Positions 1 to 9,986 of a DNA stretch of 64,000 bases are shown piece after piece. The notes beneath the pieces were generated by a model, which worked only from the letters and a program-made list of their open reading frames with translations, was not told the origin of the DNA and did no database searches. The stretch is from NCBI GenBank assembly GCA_049517335.1, contig JBEKSD010000001.1, forward strand, positions 96,001 through 160,000, in the 5' to 3' direction. Within the stretch, counting starts at the first letter, position 1; each line of letters starts with the position of its first letter. This DNA comes from Candidatus Omnitrophota bacterium. Lineage in GTDB: Bacteria > Omnitrophota > Gorgyraeia > Gygaellales > Profunditerraquicolaceae. The position numbers and the translations under genes are program-made.

Positions 1-2
1 TT

Positions 3-956
3 ACCGATTCACATGGCATATTACACGGTTCCCCGCGGCCAAAATACGGAGTGTTTGCCCCCGTGTATTGCAAAGGCACGAATGTCGCCTGCTTCGGCAG
101 GGATCTTGAATCATCAAAACAGGTCTGGTCTTCAATTGAAGGCTACCCCGGAGATTACAATTACCGCGAGTTTTACCGGGATATCGGGTTTGACCTTGAA
201 TACGAATATATCCGGCCCTATATACACCCCGACGGAGTAAGGATTAATACGGGGATTAAGTATTACCGTATTACCGGCTCAGGAGACAACAAGCAGCCGT
301 ATGTCCCGGAATGGGCGCGTAACAGAACAGGGGAACACGCAGGTAATTTTATGTTCAACCGTCAGAAACAGGTGGGGTATCTTTATAGCTTTATGGGGAA
401 GAAGCCGATAATTGTTTCTCCTTATGATGCCGAGCTTTTCGGCCACTGGTGGTATGAAGGCCCGCAGTGGCTGGATTTCCTTTTCAGGAAGATTGCTTAC
501 GATCAGGACGACTTACGTTTGATTACGCCCTCAGAATATCTGGATGAAAATCCGCGTAATCAGGTAATCACGCCGTCAATGTCAAGCTGGGGATGGAAAG
601 GCTACAGCGAGATGTGGCTGCAGGGGTCAAATGACTGGATATACCGCCATTTACACGTGGCTTCCGATAAGATGACCGAGCTGGCAAGGGAGTACACTAG
701 TTGTAACGGCCTACTTAAGAGGGCATTAAACCAGGCATTGCGCGAGCTGCTCCTTGCCCAGAGCTCTGACTGGGCTTTTATCATGGGCACAGGCACGCAT
801 ACAGCCTACGCGGTGCAGCGCACCAAGAACCATATTTTAAGGTTTAACCGCCTTTATGAAGATATTAAATCAAATTCAATTGACGAACAGTGGTTAGTCG
901 ACATTGAATATAAAGACAATATATTCCCCGGAATAGATTACAAAGCACACAGTTAA
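3..956 (+). CDS. GH57-family glycoside hydrolase / 1,4-alpha-glucan branching enzyme (DUF1957 C-terminus), 5'-partial
   Basis: The frame is open from the window edge (TDSHGILHGSPRP...). Motifs PYDAELFGHWWYEG, SSWG and RELLLAQSSDWAF are typical of GH57 branching enzymes. Confidence 0.88.
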   Translation, partial: TDSHGILHGSPRPKYGVFAPVYCKGTNVACFGRDLESSKQVWSSIEGYPGDYNYREFYRDIGFDLEYEYIRPYIHPDGVRINTGIKYYRITGSGDNKQPYVPEWARNRTGEHAGNFMFNRQKQVGYLYSFMGKKPIIVSPYDAELFGHWWYEGPQWLDFLFRKIAYDQDDLRLITPSEYLDENPRNQVITPSMSSWGWKGYSEMWLQGSNDWIYRHLHVASDKMTELAREYTSCNGLLKRALNQALRELLLAQSSDWAFIMGTGTHTAYAVQRTKNHILRFNRLYEDIKSNSIDEQWLVDIEYKDNIFPGIDYKAHS

Positions 957-958
957 TA

Positions 959-1678
959 ATGCGGCATATTAATAAAATACCCGGCCACATCGCCATTATT
1001 ATGGACGGCAACGGCAGATGGGCTAAAGAGAGGCGCCTTCCCCGTACTGCCGGGCACCGCGAGGGCGTAAAAAGGATTAAGGAAGTTGTCAAGGCTGCGG
1101 GGGATATGGGAATAAAATTCATAACGTTTTTCGCGTTTTCTACCGAAAACTGGGCTCGCTCAAAAAATGAAATAGATATGCTGCTGCGTCTTTTGGATAA
1201 TTTCCTTGAGCGCGAGGTAAAAGAGCTAGATAAGAATAATATACGTTTTCTGGTGATCGGCAGGAAAGAGCCTGTCCCGGCCGCTTTACAGAAAAAAATA
1301 GCGGCGGCGCAGGAAATGACTAAAAATAATTCAGCTATGACCGTAATCCTCGCTTTAAATTACGGCTCGCGCCAGGAGATTGTGGATGCGGCGAAGGATT
1401 TTGCAAGAGACGTAAAGAGCGGCAGGATTAGGATAGAGGATTTAGATGAGAAAGTTTTTTCCGGTTATCTTTATACAGCCGGCATTCCGGACCCTGATCT
1501 TTTAATACGCACAAGCGGGGAGATACGCATCAGCAATTTTCTTCTCTGGCAGTTATCATATAGTGAACTTTATTTTCCCGGCATTTATTGGCCGCAGTTT
1601 AATAGAAGAGAACTTTTGAAAGCAATAAGGGAGTTTCAGGCTAGGGAGAGGAGATTTGGAAAGGCCGATGCTGTTTAA
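959..1678 (+). CDS. uppS: Undecaprenyl-diphosphate synthase (cis-prenyltransferase)
   Basis: HIAIIMDGNGRWA, FAFSTENW, PDPDLLIRTSGE.RISNFLLWQ. Confidence 0.97.
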   Translation: MRHINKIPGHIAIIMDGNGRWAKERRLPRTAGHREGVKRIKEVVKAAGDMGIKFITFFAFSTENWARSKNEIDMLLRLLDNFLEREVKELDKNNIRFLVIGRKEPVPAALQKKIAAAQEMTKNNSAMTVILALNYGSRQEIVDAAKDFARDVKSGRIRIEDLDEKVFSGYLYTAGIPDPDLLIRTSGEIRISNFLLWQLSYSELYFPGIYWPQFNRRELLKAIREFQARERRFGKADAV

Positions 1679-2462
1679 AAGGATAGTCAGCGCAATATTC
1701 CTTATCGGGATAATCATGGGAGTAATTTTCGTAGATTGGCTCTGCGGTTTATTTGTTACCCTTTTTATAATTATCGGACTTTATGAGTTCTTTAGCATGC
1801 TTGAAAAGAAGGGGGTCACTACCTACAAGTATGTCGGTATAGGCATGGGTATAATTATACCTCTTTCAATTGCTTTCCATTTTGAGCCGACAAAGAGCTG
1901 GGAATTGTTATTTATAGTTTTGGCCCTTCTTTTTTTAATACTCATGCAGTTTCGCAGAAGGGCAAATGACGGCGTTATTGTGGATATTTCAACCACTCTT
2001 TTCGGTATACTTTATGTTTCCTGGTTTTTTAGTTTTTTGATTAAAATAAGGTATTTACCCGGCGGACTGGGGATCCTGGGGGCGTTGTTATTAATTACGA
2101 AATTCGGGGATATAGGCGCATTTTTAGTGGGTATTTCCGTAGGGAAAACCCCGTTAATCCCGCGCATAAGCCCTAAAAAGACAGTGGAAGGGGCTTTGGG
2201 AGGAATGATTTTTAGTATTATAGCTGCGATAGCAAGCAAGCCTATGTTGCATTTTAGCTATATACATTTAATCCTGCTTGCTATCGGCTTAAGTATACTC
2301 GGCCAGTTGGGAGACCTTTCCGAATCGCTGATTAAGCGCGATTGCGGGATTAAAGATTCAGGTAAACTCCTGCCGGGCATGGGCGGTATCCTGGATGAAA
2401 TTGACAGCTTGTTATTTACTGCTCCGGTGTTTTATTTCTACATGAGTATTTTTAACAGATGA
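1668..2462 (+). CDS. cdsA: Phosphatidate cytidylyltransferase
   Basis: Polytopic membrane protein with ISPKKTVEG, GDLSESLIKR..GIKDSG..LPG.GGILD. ATG 1668 is preferred over TTG 1656. Confidence 0.95.
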   Translation: MLFKRIVSAIFLIGIIMGVIFVDWLCGLFVTLFIIIGLYEFFSMLEKKGVTTYKYVGIGMGIIIPLSIAFHFEPTKSWELLFIVLALLFLILMQFRRRANDGVIVDISTTLFGILYVSWFFSFLIKIRYLPGGLGILGALLLITKFGDIGAFLVGISVGKTPLIPRISPKKTVEGALGGMIFSIIAAIASKPMLHFSYIHLILLAIGLSILGQLGDLSESLIKRDCGIKDSGKLLPGMGGILDEIDSLLFTAPVFYFYMSIFNR

Positions 2463-3613
2463 AAAATATCGCCATACTCGGCTCAACCGGTTCAATCGGC
2501 AGAAATGCTTTGGAAGTCATTAGGAATTTCCGGAGTGAATTCAAGGTAACGGCCTTAAGCGCGAATTCCGACGTAGATGCGCTCTATAAGCAGGCCAAAG
2601 AATTTAAGCCTAAATTTATCTGCGTAAGCGATAACTCCGCGGCCGTAAAACTAAGCTCAAGGCTGGGCTCAAGGTTTAAGGTTTTTACGGGAGAAGAAGG
2701 CTTAAAAGAGCTGGTTAAGGAAAAAATTATTGAACAGGTCTTAATCGCTATAAGCGGAAGCAGTGCGCTTATGCCCTTGCTTTCGGCTTTGGATAGCGGA
2801 AAACAAATAGCTTTAGCCAACAAAGAAGCGCTGGTTATGGCGGGAGCAATAGTCATGGAGCGCGCAAAGAAACATAAAGCGGAAATCCTGCCGATAGACA
2901 GCGAGCAGTCGGCAATATGGCAGTGCCTGGAGGGGGAGGATAAGAATCGCTTGAGAAGCATTTATCTGACTGCTTCAGGAGGGCCTTTCAGGAAAACAGC
3001 GGAAAAAAATTTAAAGCGCATTTCCATAAGAGAGGTCTTAAAGCATCCGCGCTGGAAGATGGGTAGGAAAATTACGGTTGATTCGGCAACCCTGATGAAT
3101 AAAGGTCTAGAGCTACTGGAGGCGATGTTCCTTTTTAATATTCCGGCGGAGAAGATCAGGATACTGATTCATCCTGAGGCTATAGTGCACTCCATGGTTG
3201 AATTTAGCGACGGCGTGGTCCTAGCGCAGCTTTCAAATACCGATATGCGCATACCCATTCAATATGCGCTCACTTACCCAAAGCGGCTTAAGAATTCTTT
3301 ACCGGGGGTGAATTTTTTTAAGTTGAAAGCATTGAATTTTGAGAAACCCGATTTTAAGAAATTTCCCTGTTTGGGGTTGGCATATAAGGTAGCGGATGAA
3401 CTGGGCACGGCCCCTGCGGTCATGAATGCTGCCAATGAAGCAAGCGTTGATGAGTTCCTGAAAAGGCGGCTTGCCTTTACAAAAATAAGCGTAGTCATTG
3501 AGAAGGTGCTTTCTAGGCACAAGAATGTCTCGTGCCCAGGTCTTCGTGATATACTTGAAGCAGATAAATGGGCAAGGCACGAAGCGTATAAAATCATAGG
3601 CAGTCTGAATTAA
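2459..3613 (+). CDS. dxr: 1-deoxy-D-xylulose-5-phosphate reductoisomerase
   Basis: ILGSTGSIG, LANKE, LPIDSEQSAIWQ, LTASGGPF, ITVDSATLMNKGLE. Confidence 0.97.
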   Translation: MKNIAILGSTGSIGRNALEVIRNFRSEFKVTALSANSDVDALYKQAKEFKPKFICVSDNSAAVKLSSRLGSRFKVFTGEEGLKELVKEKIIEQVLIAISGSSALMPLLSALDSGKQIALANKEALVMAGAIVMERAKKHKAEILPIDSEQSAIWQCLEGEDKNRLRSIYLTASGGPFRKTAEKNLKRISIREVLKHPRWKMGRKITVDSATLMNKGLELLEAMFLFNIPAEKIRILIHPEAIVHSMVEFSDGVVLAQLSNTDMRIPIQYALTYPKRLKNSLPGVNFFKLKALNFEKPDFKKFPCLGLAYKVADELGTAPAVMNAANEASVDEFLKRRLAFTKISVVIEKVLSRHKNVSCPGLRDILEADKWARHEAYKIIGSLN

Positions 3614-3617
3614 ATTT

Positions 3618-4697
3618 ATGTTCACTTTACTTATTTTCATTATTATTTTAAGCGTACTTATCATAGCCCATGAATTCGGCCATTTTTATGCCGCAAAAAG
3701 GGTGGGGGTAAGGGTAGAAAAATTTTCTTTGGGGTTCGGGCCGCAGCTGTTCAGGAAGAAAAAAGGCGATACGGAATATAGCATTTCAGCCATTCCTTTA
3801 GGTGGGTTCGTAAAATTAGCTGGGGATAATTTGGAAGAGTATAAAGGAAAACAGGATGAGTATTTTTATAAAACTCCGGGTGAACGTTGTCAGATTATAT
3901 TTGCCGGCCCTTTTCTTAATTATGTCTTGGGCTTTTTGGTTTTCTGGCTTATATTTGTTTCAGGGTACCCCACGCTAACTGCTAAGGTGGGCAGCGTGCT
4001 TGACGGCTACGGCGCAAAGGAAGCCGGGATTGAAGCAGGCGATAAAATAATGTCTGTTGACGGGGTCAATGTGGATTATTGGGAAGATGTGCAGAGGCAG
4101 GTAGCTAACAGGCAAGCTGCTGACAAAGTAAAACTTATTATTAAACGCAACGAGCAGGTTATGTCACTGGAGGTCAAAATTAAAGAGAAAGAAGTCAGTG
4201 ACCAGTTGGGCTCCAAGCGTTCAATTGGGCTAATCGGGATTACGCCTTATGATGAAATAGTCAGGGTTAGGCACGGTTTATTTTCTTCATTAATTTTAAG
4301 CACAAAGCAGGTCTGGAATATAACTTTGAGCACTTATAAGGGCCTCTGGTTCCTGATAACGGGGAAAATTTCTGTGCGTGATTCGGTAACCGGGCCTTTA
4401 GGCATATTCCTTATTACTTCAAAAGCAGCAAATATGGGTCTGGTTGCGTTGTTGCATCTGGTTGCGGTTTTAAACATAAGCTTGGGACTGTTTAACCTTC
4501 TGCCCTTACCGGTACTGGATGGCGGGCATATAATCTTATTGGGCATTGAGAAGATAAGGAAAAGAGCCTTGAGCCTTAAGGCTGAGGAGATAATTACAAA
4601 AATTGGACTCTCGTTGATTATCACGCTTGTGGTTTTTGTTACCTATAACGATATTTTAAGGATTTTCGGGGATAAGTTCAATAAATTCATAAAATGA
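3618..4697 (+). CDS. rseP: RIP metalloprotease RseP
   Basis: HEFGH zinc motif, PDZ domain, NLLPLPVLDGG; conserved position after dxr. Confidence 0.96.
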   Translation: MFTLLIFIIILSVLIIAHEFGHFYAAKRVGVRVEKFSLGFGPQLFRKKKGDTEYSISAIPLGGFVKLAGDNLEEYKGKQDEYFYKTPGERCQIIFAGPFLNYVLGFLVFWLIFVSGYPTLTAKVGSVLDGYGAKEAGIEAGDKIMSVDGVNVDYWEDVQRQVANRQAADKVKLIIKRNEQVMSLEVKIKEKEVSDQLGSKRSIGLIGITPYDEIVRVRHGLFSSLILSTKQVWNITLSTYKGLWFLITGKISVRDSVTGPLGIFLITSKAANMGLVALLHLVAVLNISLGLFNLLPLPVLDGGHIILLGIEKIRKRALSLKAEEIITKIGLSLIITLVVFVTYNDILRIFGDKFNKFIK

Positions 4698-5752
4698 TTC
4701 GGCCAAGGCATAAGACAAGGGTAGTCAGGATAGGCAATGTTCTAATCGGAGGGAATAATCCGGTAGCCATCCAGTCTATGGCTAAGTTTAAGACCTCTGA
4801 TGCCATAAGGACGCTAAAGCAAATTAAGGAGCTGGAAAACGCAGGGTGCGAAATTATCCGGGTTGCCGTTAAAGACAGCGAAGACGCGCGTGCGATAAAG
4901 CAATTGAAACGGCAGGTAAGGATACCGATAGTCGCGGATATTCATTTTAGCTGGAAATTGGCCATTGAGTCAATTGAAAACGGCGCGGATAAAATAAGGT
5001 TGAATCCGGGTAATATCCAAAAAGAAAAAGAGGTAAAGCAGATAGTCAGCGCTTTAAAAACCGCTAAGATACCTTTGCGCATAGGCCTTAACTCAGGTTC
5101 CGTTAAAGGTGCGGGCTCAAAAAAACTTTCTATGAGCGATAAGCTTATAGAGCGCGCGCTTAGCTACATTAAAAGAATAGAGAGGTTAAAATTCCACAAT
5201 CTAGTTATTTCGCTAAAGGCTAATAATGTAATGGATACGGTTGAGGCGTATAGAAAGATTTCCAAACTTTGCAATTATCCTTTGCATCTTGGAGTTACTG
5301 CTACCGGTTCTCCCTCTAAAGGCATCATTAAGTCCAGTATTGCCTTAGGGGCTTTATTATTGGAAGGTATAGGGAATACAATAAGGGTATCTCTTACGGA
5401 AGATCCGGTAAAAGAAGTGGAAGCTGCGCGTTGCATATTGGAAGCAGTGGGTTTAAGGAGATTCGGGCCGGATATCGTCAGTTGTCCTACCTGCGGTAGA
5501 TGCGAGGTGGATCTGGCGAAAATAGTAAGAGAATTAGAGAATTCGTTATCCGGTTCTACCAGCAAACCGATAAAATTGGCAGTCATGGGGTGCGTTGTCA
5601 ACGGCCCCGGAGAAGCAATGGAGGCGGATATCGGAGTTGCTTTCGGAAAAAAAGAAGGCATGCTTTTTAAAAAGGGCAGGGCCGTAGCTAAAGTTTCATT
5701 CGAGAACTGCGCAAAAGTCCTGCTTAGCGAAATGGAGAAGCTCAATGGTTAG
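4694..5752 (+). CDS. ispG: 4-hydroxy-3-methylbut-2-en-1-yl diphosphate synthase
   Basis: IQSM, ADIHF, RLNPGNI, SCPTCGR, AVMGCVVNGPGE. Confidence 0.96.
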   Translation: MIRPRHKTRVVRIGNVLIGGNNPVAIQSMAKFKTSDAIRTLKQIKELENAGCEIIRVAVKDSEDARAIKQLKRQVRIPIVADIHFSWKLAIESIENGADKIRLNPGNIQKEKEVKQIVSALKTAKIPLRIGLNSGSVKGAGSKKLSMSDKLIERALSYIKRIERLKFHNLVISLKANNVMDTVEAYRKISKLCNYPLHLGVTATGSPSKGIIKSSIALGALLLEGIGNTIRVSLTEDPVKEVEAARCILEAVGLRRFGPDIVSCPTCGRCEVDLAKIVRELENSLSGSTSKPIKLAVMGCVVNGPGEAMEADIGVAFGKKEGMLFKKGRAVAKVSFENCAKVLLSEMEKLNG

Positions 5753-7004
5753 AATAATCAAAGACAAAATCCGTAAACAGTTTATCGCAAAGCATTCCAG
5801 CCTATTCGTTGATGAGAAGGCTGATTCGGGAGAGATAAGGAATGCGATAGCTTATTTGTTGGATGATACGATAATGCGCGAGCATATGAAGGTGTCCGAA
5901 GAAGATAAAATGAGGGTTATTAACGAGCTAAGCGATGAATTTAGCGGCTTAGGCCCGATAGAGAACCTCGTAAAAGACCCAGATATAACTGAAATCATGA
6001 TTAACGGTCCGCAGAAAGTTTACATTGAAAAACACGGGGAGACGAAATTATCAGAGGTGACTTTTGATAATGAACAGCAGTTGATGGCCCTTATATATAA
6101 AATACTTGCTCCGACAAGGCGCAGGGTAGATGAATCATACCCTTACACGGATGTTTCAATGAAGGACGGCTCCCGCGTTAATATCATTATCCCTCCTTTG
6201 GCATTAAACGGGCCGACTGTCACAATCAGGAAGTTTTCCAAAGAGATACGTACGGTGGAAGATTTGGTAAAACTCAACACCATGGATAAGCGCATGGCTG
6301 ATTTTATGGTTAATTGTATCAAGGCTAAAGCAAATATAATTTTTTCCGGCGCAACCGGCTCAGGTAAAACTACTACTGTCGGGGTCCTCTCAGCTTATAT
6401 CGAAGAGAAAGAGCGTATCGTTACCATTGAGGACACTGCGGAGCTTCATTTTAATCAGGAGCACGTAGTCCGGCTTGAGGCGCGCACTCCGAATATAGAA
6501 GGTAAAGGCGAAGTTACCATCAGGGATTTGTTCAAAAACTGTTTACGTATGCGGCCGGAAAGGATTATTTTGGGGGAAATCAGAAGCTCGGAAGCATTGG
6601 ATATGCTGCAGGCGATTTGTTCCGGGCACACCGGCTCATTAGCGGTTTTACACGCTAATTCCCCGCAGGAAGTAATCTACCGGCTTGAGACCATGATTTT
6701 ATCTTCAGGGGTACCCATTAGTTTAGCGGCAATCCACCGCCAGATTGCCGCCGCAGTACATTTAATCATCCAGCAGGAACAGCTCATTGACGGGATAAGA
6801 AAAATAACCCATATTACTCAGGTCAACGGCTTAAAGGACGGGCAGGCTAATTTGGAGGATTTATTCTTATATGATATTGAAAGCATAGACGATAAGGGAA
6901 AAGTGAAAGGCAGATGGAGGGCAACCGGAGTAAAGCCCGTTTTCATGGGGATATTCAAAAAAGCAGGGATTAATTTAGGGGAGGAAATCTTTAAAAAGGA
7001 TTAA
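5745..7004 (+). CDS. cpaF: CpaF/TadA-family pilus-assembly ATPase
   Basis: Walker A GATGSGKTT, Asp box TIEDTAEL, Walker B LRMRPERIILGEIR, His box GHTGSLAVLHANS; N-terminal GLGPIE.L..DP.ITEIMING. Confidence 0.92.
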   Translation: MVRIIKDKIRKQFIAKHSSLFVDEKADSGEIRNAIAYLLDDTIMREHMKVSEEDKMRVINELSDEFSGLGPIENLVKDPDITEIMINGPQKVYIEKHGETKLSEVTFDNEQQLMALIYKILAPTRRRVDESYPYTDVSMKDGSRVNIIIPPLALNGPTVTIRKFSKEIRTVEDLVKLNTMDKRMADFMVNCIKAKANIIFSGATGSGKTTTVGVLSAYIEEKERIVTIEDTAELHFNQEHVVRLEARTPNIEGKGEVTIRDLFKNCLRMRPERIILGEIRSSEALDMLQAICSGHTGSLAVLHANSPQEVIYRLETMILSSGVPISLAAIHRQIAAAVHLIIQQEQLIDGIRKITHITQVNGLKDGQANLEDLFLYDIESIDDKGKVKGRWRATGVKPVFMGIFKKAGINLGEEIFKKD

Positions 7005-7005
7005 T

Positions 7006-8271
7006 ATGCGCTGGAGAAAAACTTTCATACCCACATTAAAAGAAGTACCGCAGGAAGCGGAGTCAGTCAGTCATCAGTTGTTGTTGCGCGCGGGCCTCAT
7101 ACGTATGCTTATGGCAGGCAGTTATTCTTACCTGCCGCTGGGCCTTAAGGTATTGAGCAACGTTGAGATGATTATCAGGCAGGAAATGCAGGCAATAGGA
7201 GCTGCTGAGCTGCTCCTGCCGGCATTGCAGCCTTTGGAATTGTGGCAAAAAACAGGCCGGGATAAGGATATCGGAGAAGTAATGTTTAAGCTTAAAGACC
7301 GGCGGGGAAGGAACGTCTGTCTTGGGCCGACACACGAAGAAATCATTACGGAATTAATAAAAAACCATATTTCAAGTTACCGCCAGCTGCCGCTTGTCCT
7401 CTACCAGATACAGACAAAATTCCGCGACGAAATCCGGCCGCGTTTCGGGTTAATCAGGGCCTGCGAATTTATTATGAAGGACGCCTATAGTTTTGATTCT
7501 GATGAAGCGGGGCTGGATAAGAATTATGAGTTAATGTTTAAAGCTTATAAGAGGATTTTTAAAAGGTGTGGGCTTCATGTTTTAATCACCGAAGCTGATT
7601 CTGGGGTTATGGGAGGCAAGGTCTCCCATGAATTTATGGTTGCGGCCAAAGACGGAGAAGACAGGGTTTTGCTTTGCTCGGCCTGTTCTACCGTGGTAGC
7701 TTTTAAGGAAGGCCAGAACGAAACCTGCCCTAAATGCCGGAAAAAGGCGGATATAGTAAACGCAATTGAGGTAGGCCATATTTTTAAGTTAGGTGTAAAA
7801 TACAGTAACGCCTTGGCTGCAAAGTTCCTGGACGCGCAGGGCAAGCAGCGCGATTGTATTATGGGGTGTTACGGTATAGGGGTCTCACGCATGATTTCAG
7901 CCATAATTGAACAGAATAATGACCCGTCCGGAATTATCTGGCCCCAAGAGGTGGCTCCTTATAAAGTAATAATTATAGCCCTTGACGTCACGGAAAAGAA
8001 GATTATTGAGAGCGCGGAATCTTTTTACAGGGAACTGGAAGAAAACAATATTGAGACTCTGTTTGATGACCGCGATGAAAGGGCGGGGGTTAAATTCAAA
8101 GACGCCGATTTGCTCGGTATCCCGCTCCAGCTCATTATCGGCAAATCTTCGCTTAAAGACGACACGTTGGAATTAAAATTACGTAAGGATGGAAAAAAAA
8201 TAGTCAAAACAAAAACGGAGATATTGGATGTAATAAAGGGATATATCCATGGACAGGCAGGCGGTTATTGA
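7006..8271 (+). CDS. proS: Proline--tRNA ligase (short form without INS editing domain)
   Basis: LGPTHEE, QIQTKFRDEIRPRFGL.R..EF.MKDAYSF, IEVGHIFKLG, MGCYGIGVSR; 421 aa. Confidence 0.96.
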   Translation: MRWRKTFIPTLKEVPQEAESVSHQLLLRAGLIRMLMAGSYSYLPLGLKVLSNVEMIIRQEMQAIGAAELLLPALQPLELWQKTGRDKDIGEVMFKLKDRRGRNVCLGPTHEEIITELIKNHISSYRQLPLVLYQIQTKFRDEIRPRFGLIRACEFIMKDAYSFDSDEAGLDKNYELMFKAYKRIFKRCGLHVLITEADSGVMGGKVSHEFMVAAKDGEDRVLLCSACSTVVAFKEGQNETCPKCRKKADIVNAIEVGHIFKLGVKYSNALAAKFLDAQGKQRDCIMGCYGIGVSRMISAIIEQNNDPSGIIWPQEVAPYKVIIIALDVTEKKIIESAESFYRELEENNIETLFDDRDERAGVKFKDADLLGIPLQLIIGKSSLKDDTLELKLRKDGKKIVKTKTEILDVIKGYIHGQAGGY

Positions 8272-8707
8272 AGAACTGAAACTAATCATTGAAGGGTACT
8301 TAAAGGAAAATAATCTTGAGTTGGTGGATTTTGTTTACCGTTATGAAGGCAGGAACCTTATATTAAGGGTTATAGCAGACCGGCCCGAAGGCGGGATAAC
8401 TATGGATGAATGCGCTCAACTGAACAGGCAGATAGGCGCCATATTAGACCAAAAAGACATTATTCAGGCAAAATATATTCTGGAAGTTTCTTCCCCTGGG
8501 CTTGACAGGCCTCTGAAGAGTAAAAACGACTTTGCCCGCTACCTAAACAGGAAGGTCAAATTTTTCTTAAATGATTTCATAAACGGTAAGCTTGAGTGGG
8601 ACGGCGTAATCATCCGAACGGATGACAAATCGGTATACGTCGATATAGAAGGCAGTATTGTTGAGATATCTTATGCGAAAATAGCCAAAGCAAAACAGGT
8701 AATTTAG
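8249..8707 (+). CDS. rimP: Ribosome maturation factor RimP
   Basis: GITMDEC, Y.LEVSSPGLDRPL; precedes nusA. Confidence 0.95.
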   Translation: MDRQAVIEELKLIIEGYLKENNLELVDFVYRYEGRNLILRVIADRPEGGITMDECAQLNRQIGAILDQKDIIQAKYILEVSSPGLDRPLKSKNDFARYLNRKVKFFLNDFINGKLEWDGVIIRTDDKSVYVDIEGSIVEISYAKIAKAKQVI

Positions 8708-8722
8708 GATTGGAGAAAAAAT

Positions 8723-9967
8723 ATGAGTCAGGAATTACTCGCAATTATTGAACAGATTGAAAGAGAAAAAGGGATAAAAAAAGAAGTCTTAATACAGGCG
8801 GTTGAAAGTGCTTTATTGAGCGCGGCAAAAAAAGTTATTGATTTAAAACCTGAAGAGGAATTTAAAGTTGAACTTAATCCGGCAACAGGCAATATTAAAG
8901 CCTTCCGTAATAATGAAGAAGTGACTTCCATTGATTTCGGCCGCATTGCCGCCTCAACCGCGCGGCAGGTCATTATCCAGAAAATGCGCGAAGCTGAGAA
9001 AGACGTGGTTTTTAACGAATTTCAGGGTCGGGTGGGGGAAATTGTCAGCGGTATGGTTTACCGTTTTGAAAAAGGAAATATCATCGTTGACCTTTTAGGT
9101 AAAGCCGAAGGCCTGTTGCTTAAAAGAGAACAATCGCCGAAAGAAGAGTTCAAGCAGGGACAGCGTATGCGCGCTTTTGTTTTGGAGGTAAAGAAAGAAG
9201 CACGGGGGGCGCAGATTATCCTTTCCCGCGCGCACCCTAATTTCGTCAGGAAATTATTTGAACTTGAAGTTCCTGAAATTTACGAAGGTATCGTGGAAAT
9301 TAAATCTATATCCCGTCAGGCGGGCGAACGCACGAAGATCGCGGTTGCGTCCAAGAACGATAAAGTTGACTCGGTTGGCGCCTGCGTGGGGATGCGCGGT
9401 AACCGCGTGAGGAATATCGTCAATGAAGTGCAGGGGGAAAAAATAGATATTGTCCGTTACAGCGAGGATATCCGGGAATATATCAAAGCCGCGCTTTCGC
9501 CGGCAAAAGTAGCCGAGATAAAAATGGATAAAGAGAACAATAAAGCGGTAGTCATCGTAGAAGACGACCAGTTGTCTCTGGCAATAGGTAAGCACGGCCA
9601 GAATGTCCGTCTTGCTTCGCGTTTAGTGGGATGGGAACTGGATATACGCACTAAGACCGCTGCTAAAGAAGAAGCCGAGAAACAGGCGGCTTTGGCAGAA
9701 GTAGCTACGGCTAAAGAAACGCAGGAGCGGGAAGAAGTTCCTGTTGAAAAGCCGAAGGCTAAGGAGAAAAAAAAGAAAAAGAAAGCAGAAGCCGGTTTGC
9801 CGGAGTTACCCGGTATAGGAGAGAAGACCCTGGAAAGCTTAAAAGGTGCAGGTTATAAAAACGTAAATGATATCGTTAATGCGACTATTGAGGATTTGAC
9901 CAAAATAAAAGGCATCGGCGAGAAGAAAGCGGAAAAGATTATCGCTGAAGCTAAGAAATTAAAATAA
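8723..9967 (+). CDS. nusA: Transcription termination/antitermination factor NusA with C-terminal HhH repeats
   Basis: FGRIAA..ARQVI.Q, S1 and KH domains, AIGKHGQNVRLASRL; C-terminal LPGIGEK and IKGIGEKKA. Confidence 0.97.
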   Translation: MSQELLAIIEQIEREKGIKKEVLIQAVESALLSAAKKVIDLKPEEEFKVELNPATGNIKAFRNNEEVTSIDFGRIAASTARQVIIQKMREAEKDVVFNEFQGRVGEIVSGMVYRFEKGNIIVDLLGKAEGLLLKREQSPKEEFKQGQRMRAFVLEVKKEARGAQIILSRAHPNFVRKLFELEVPEIYEGIVEIKSISRQAGERTKIAVASKNDKVDSVGACVGMRGNRVRNIVNEVQGEKIDIVRYSEDIREYIKAALSPAKVAEIKMDKENNKAVVIVEDDQLSLAIGKHGQNVRLASRLVGWELDIRTKTAAKEEAEKQAALAEVATAKETQEREEVPVEKPKAKEKKKKKKAEAGLPELPGIGEKTLESLKGAGYKNVNDIVNATIEDLTKIKGIGEKKAEKIIAEAKKLK

Positions 9968-9986
9968 AGTTGAAAGGCGAATTATT

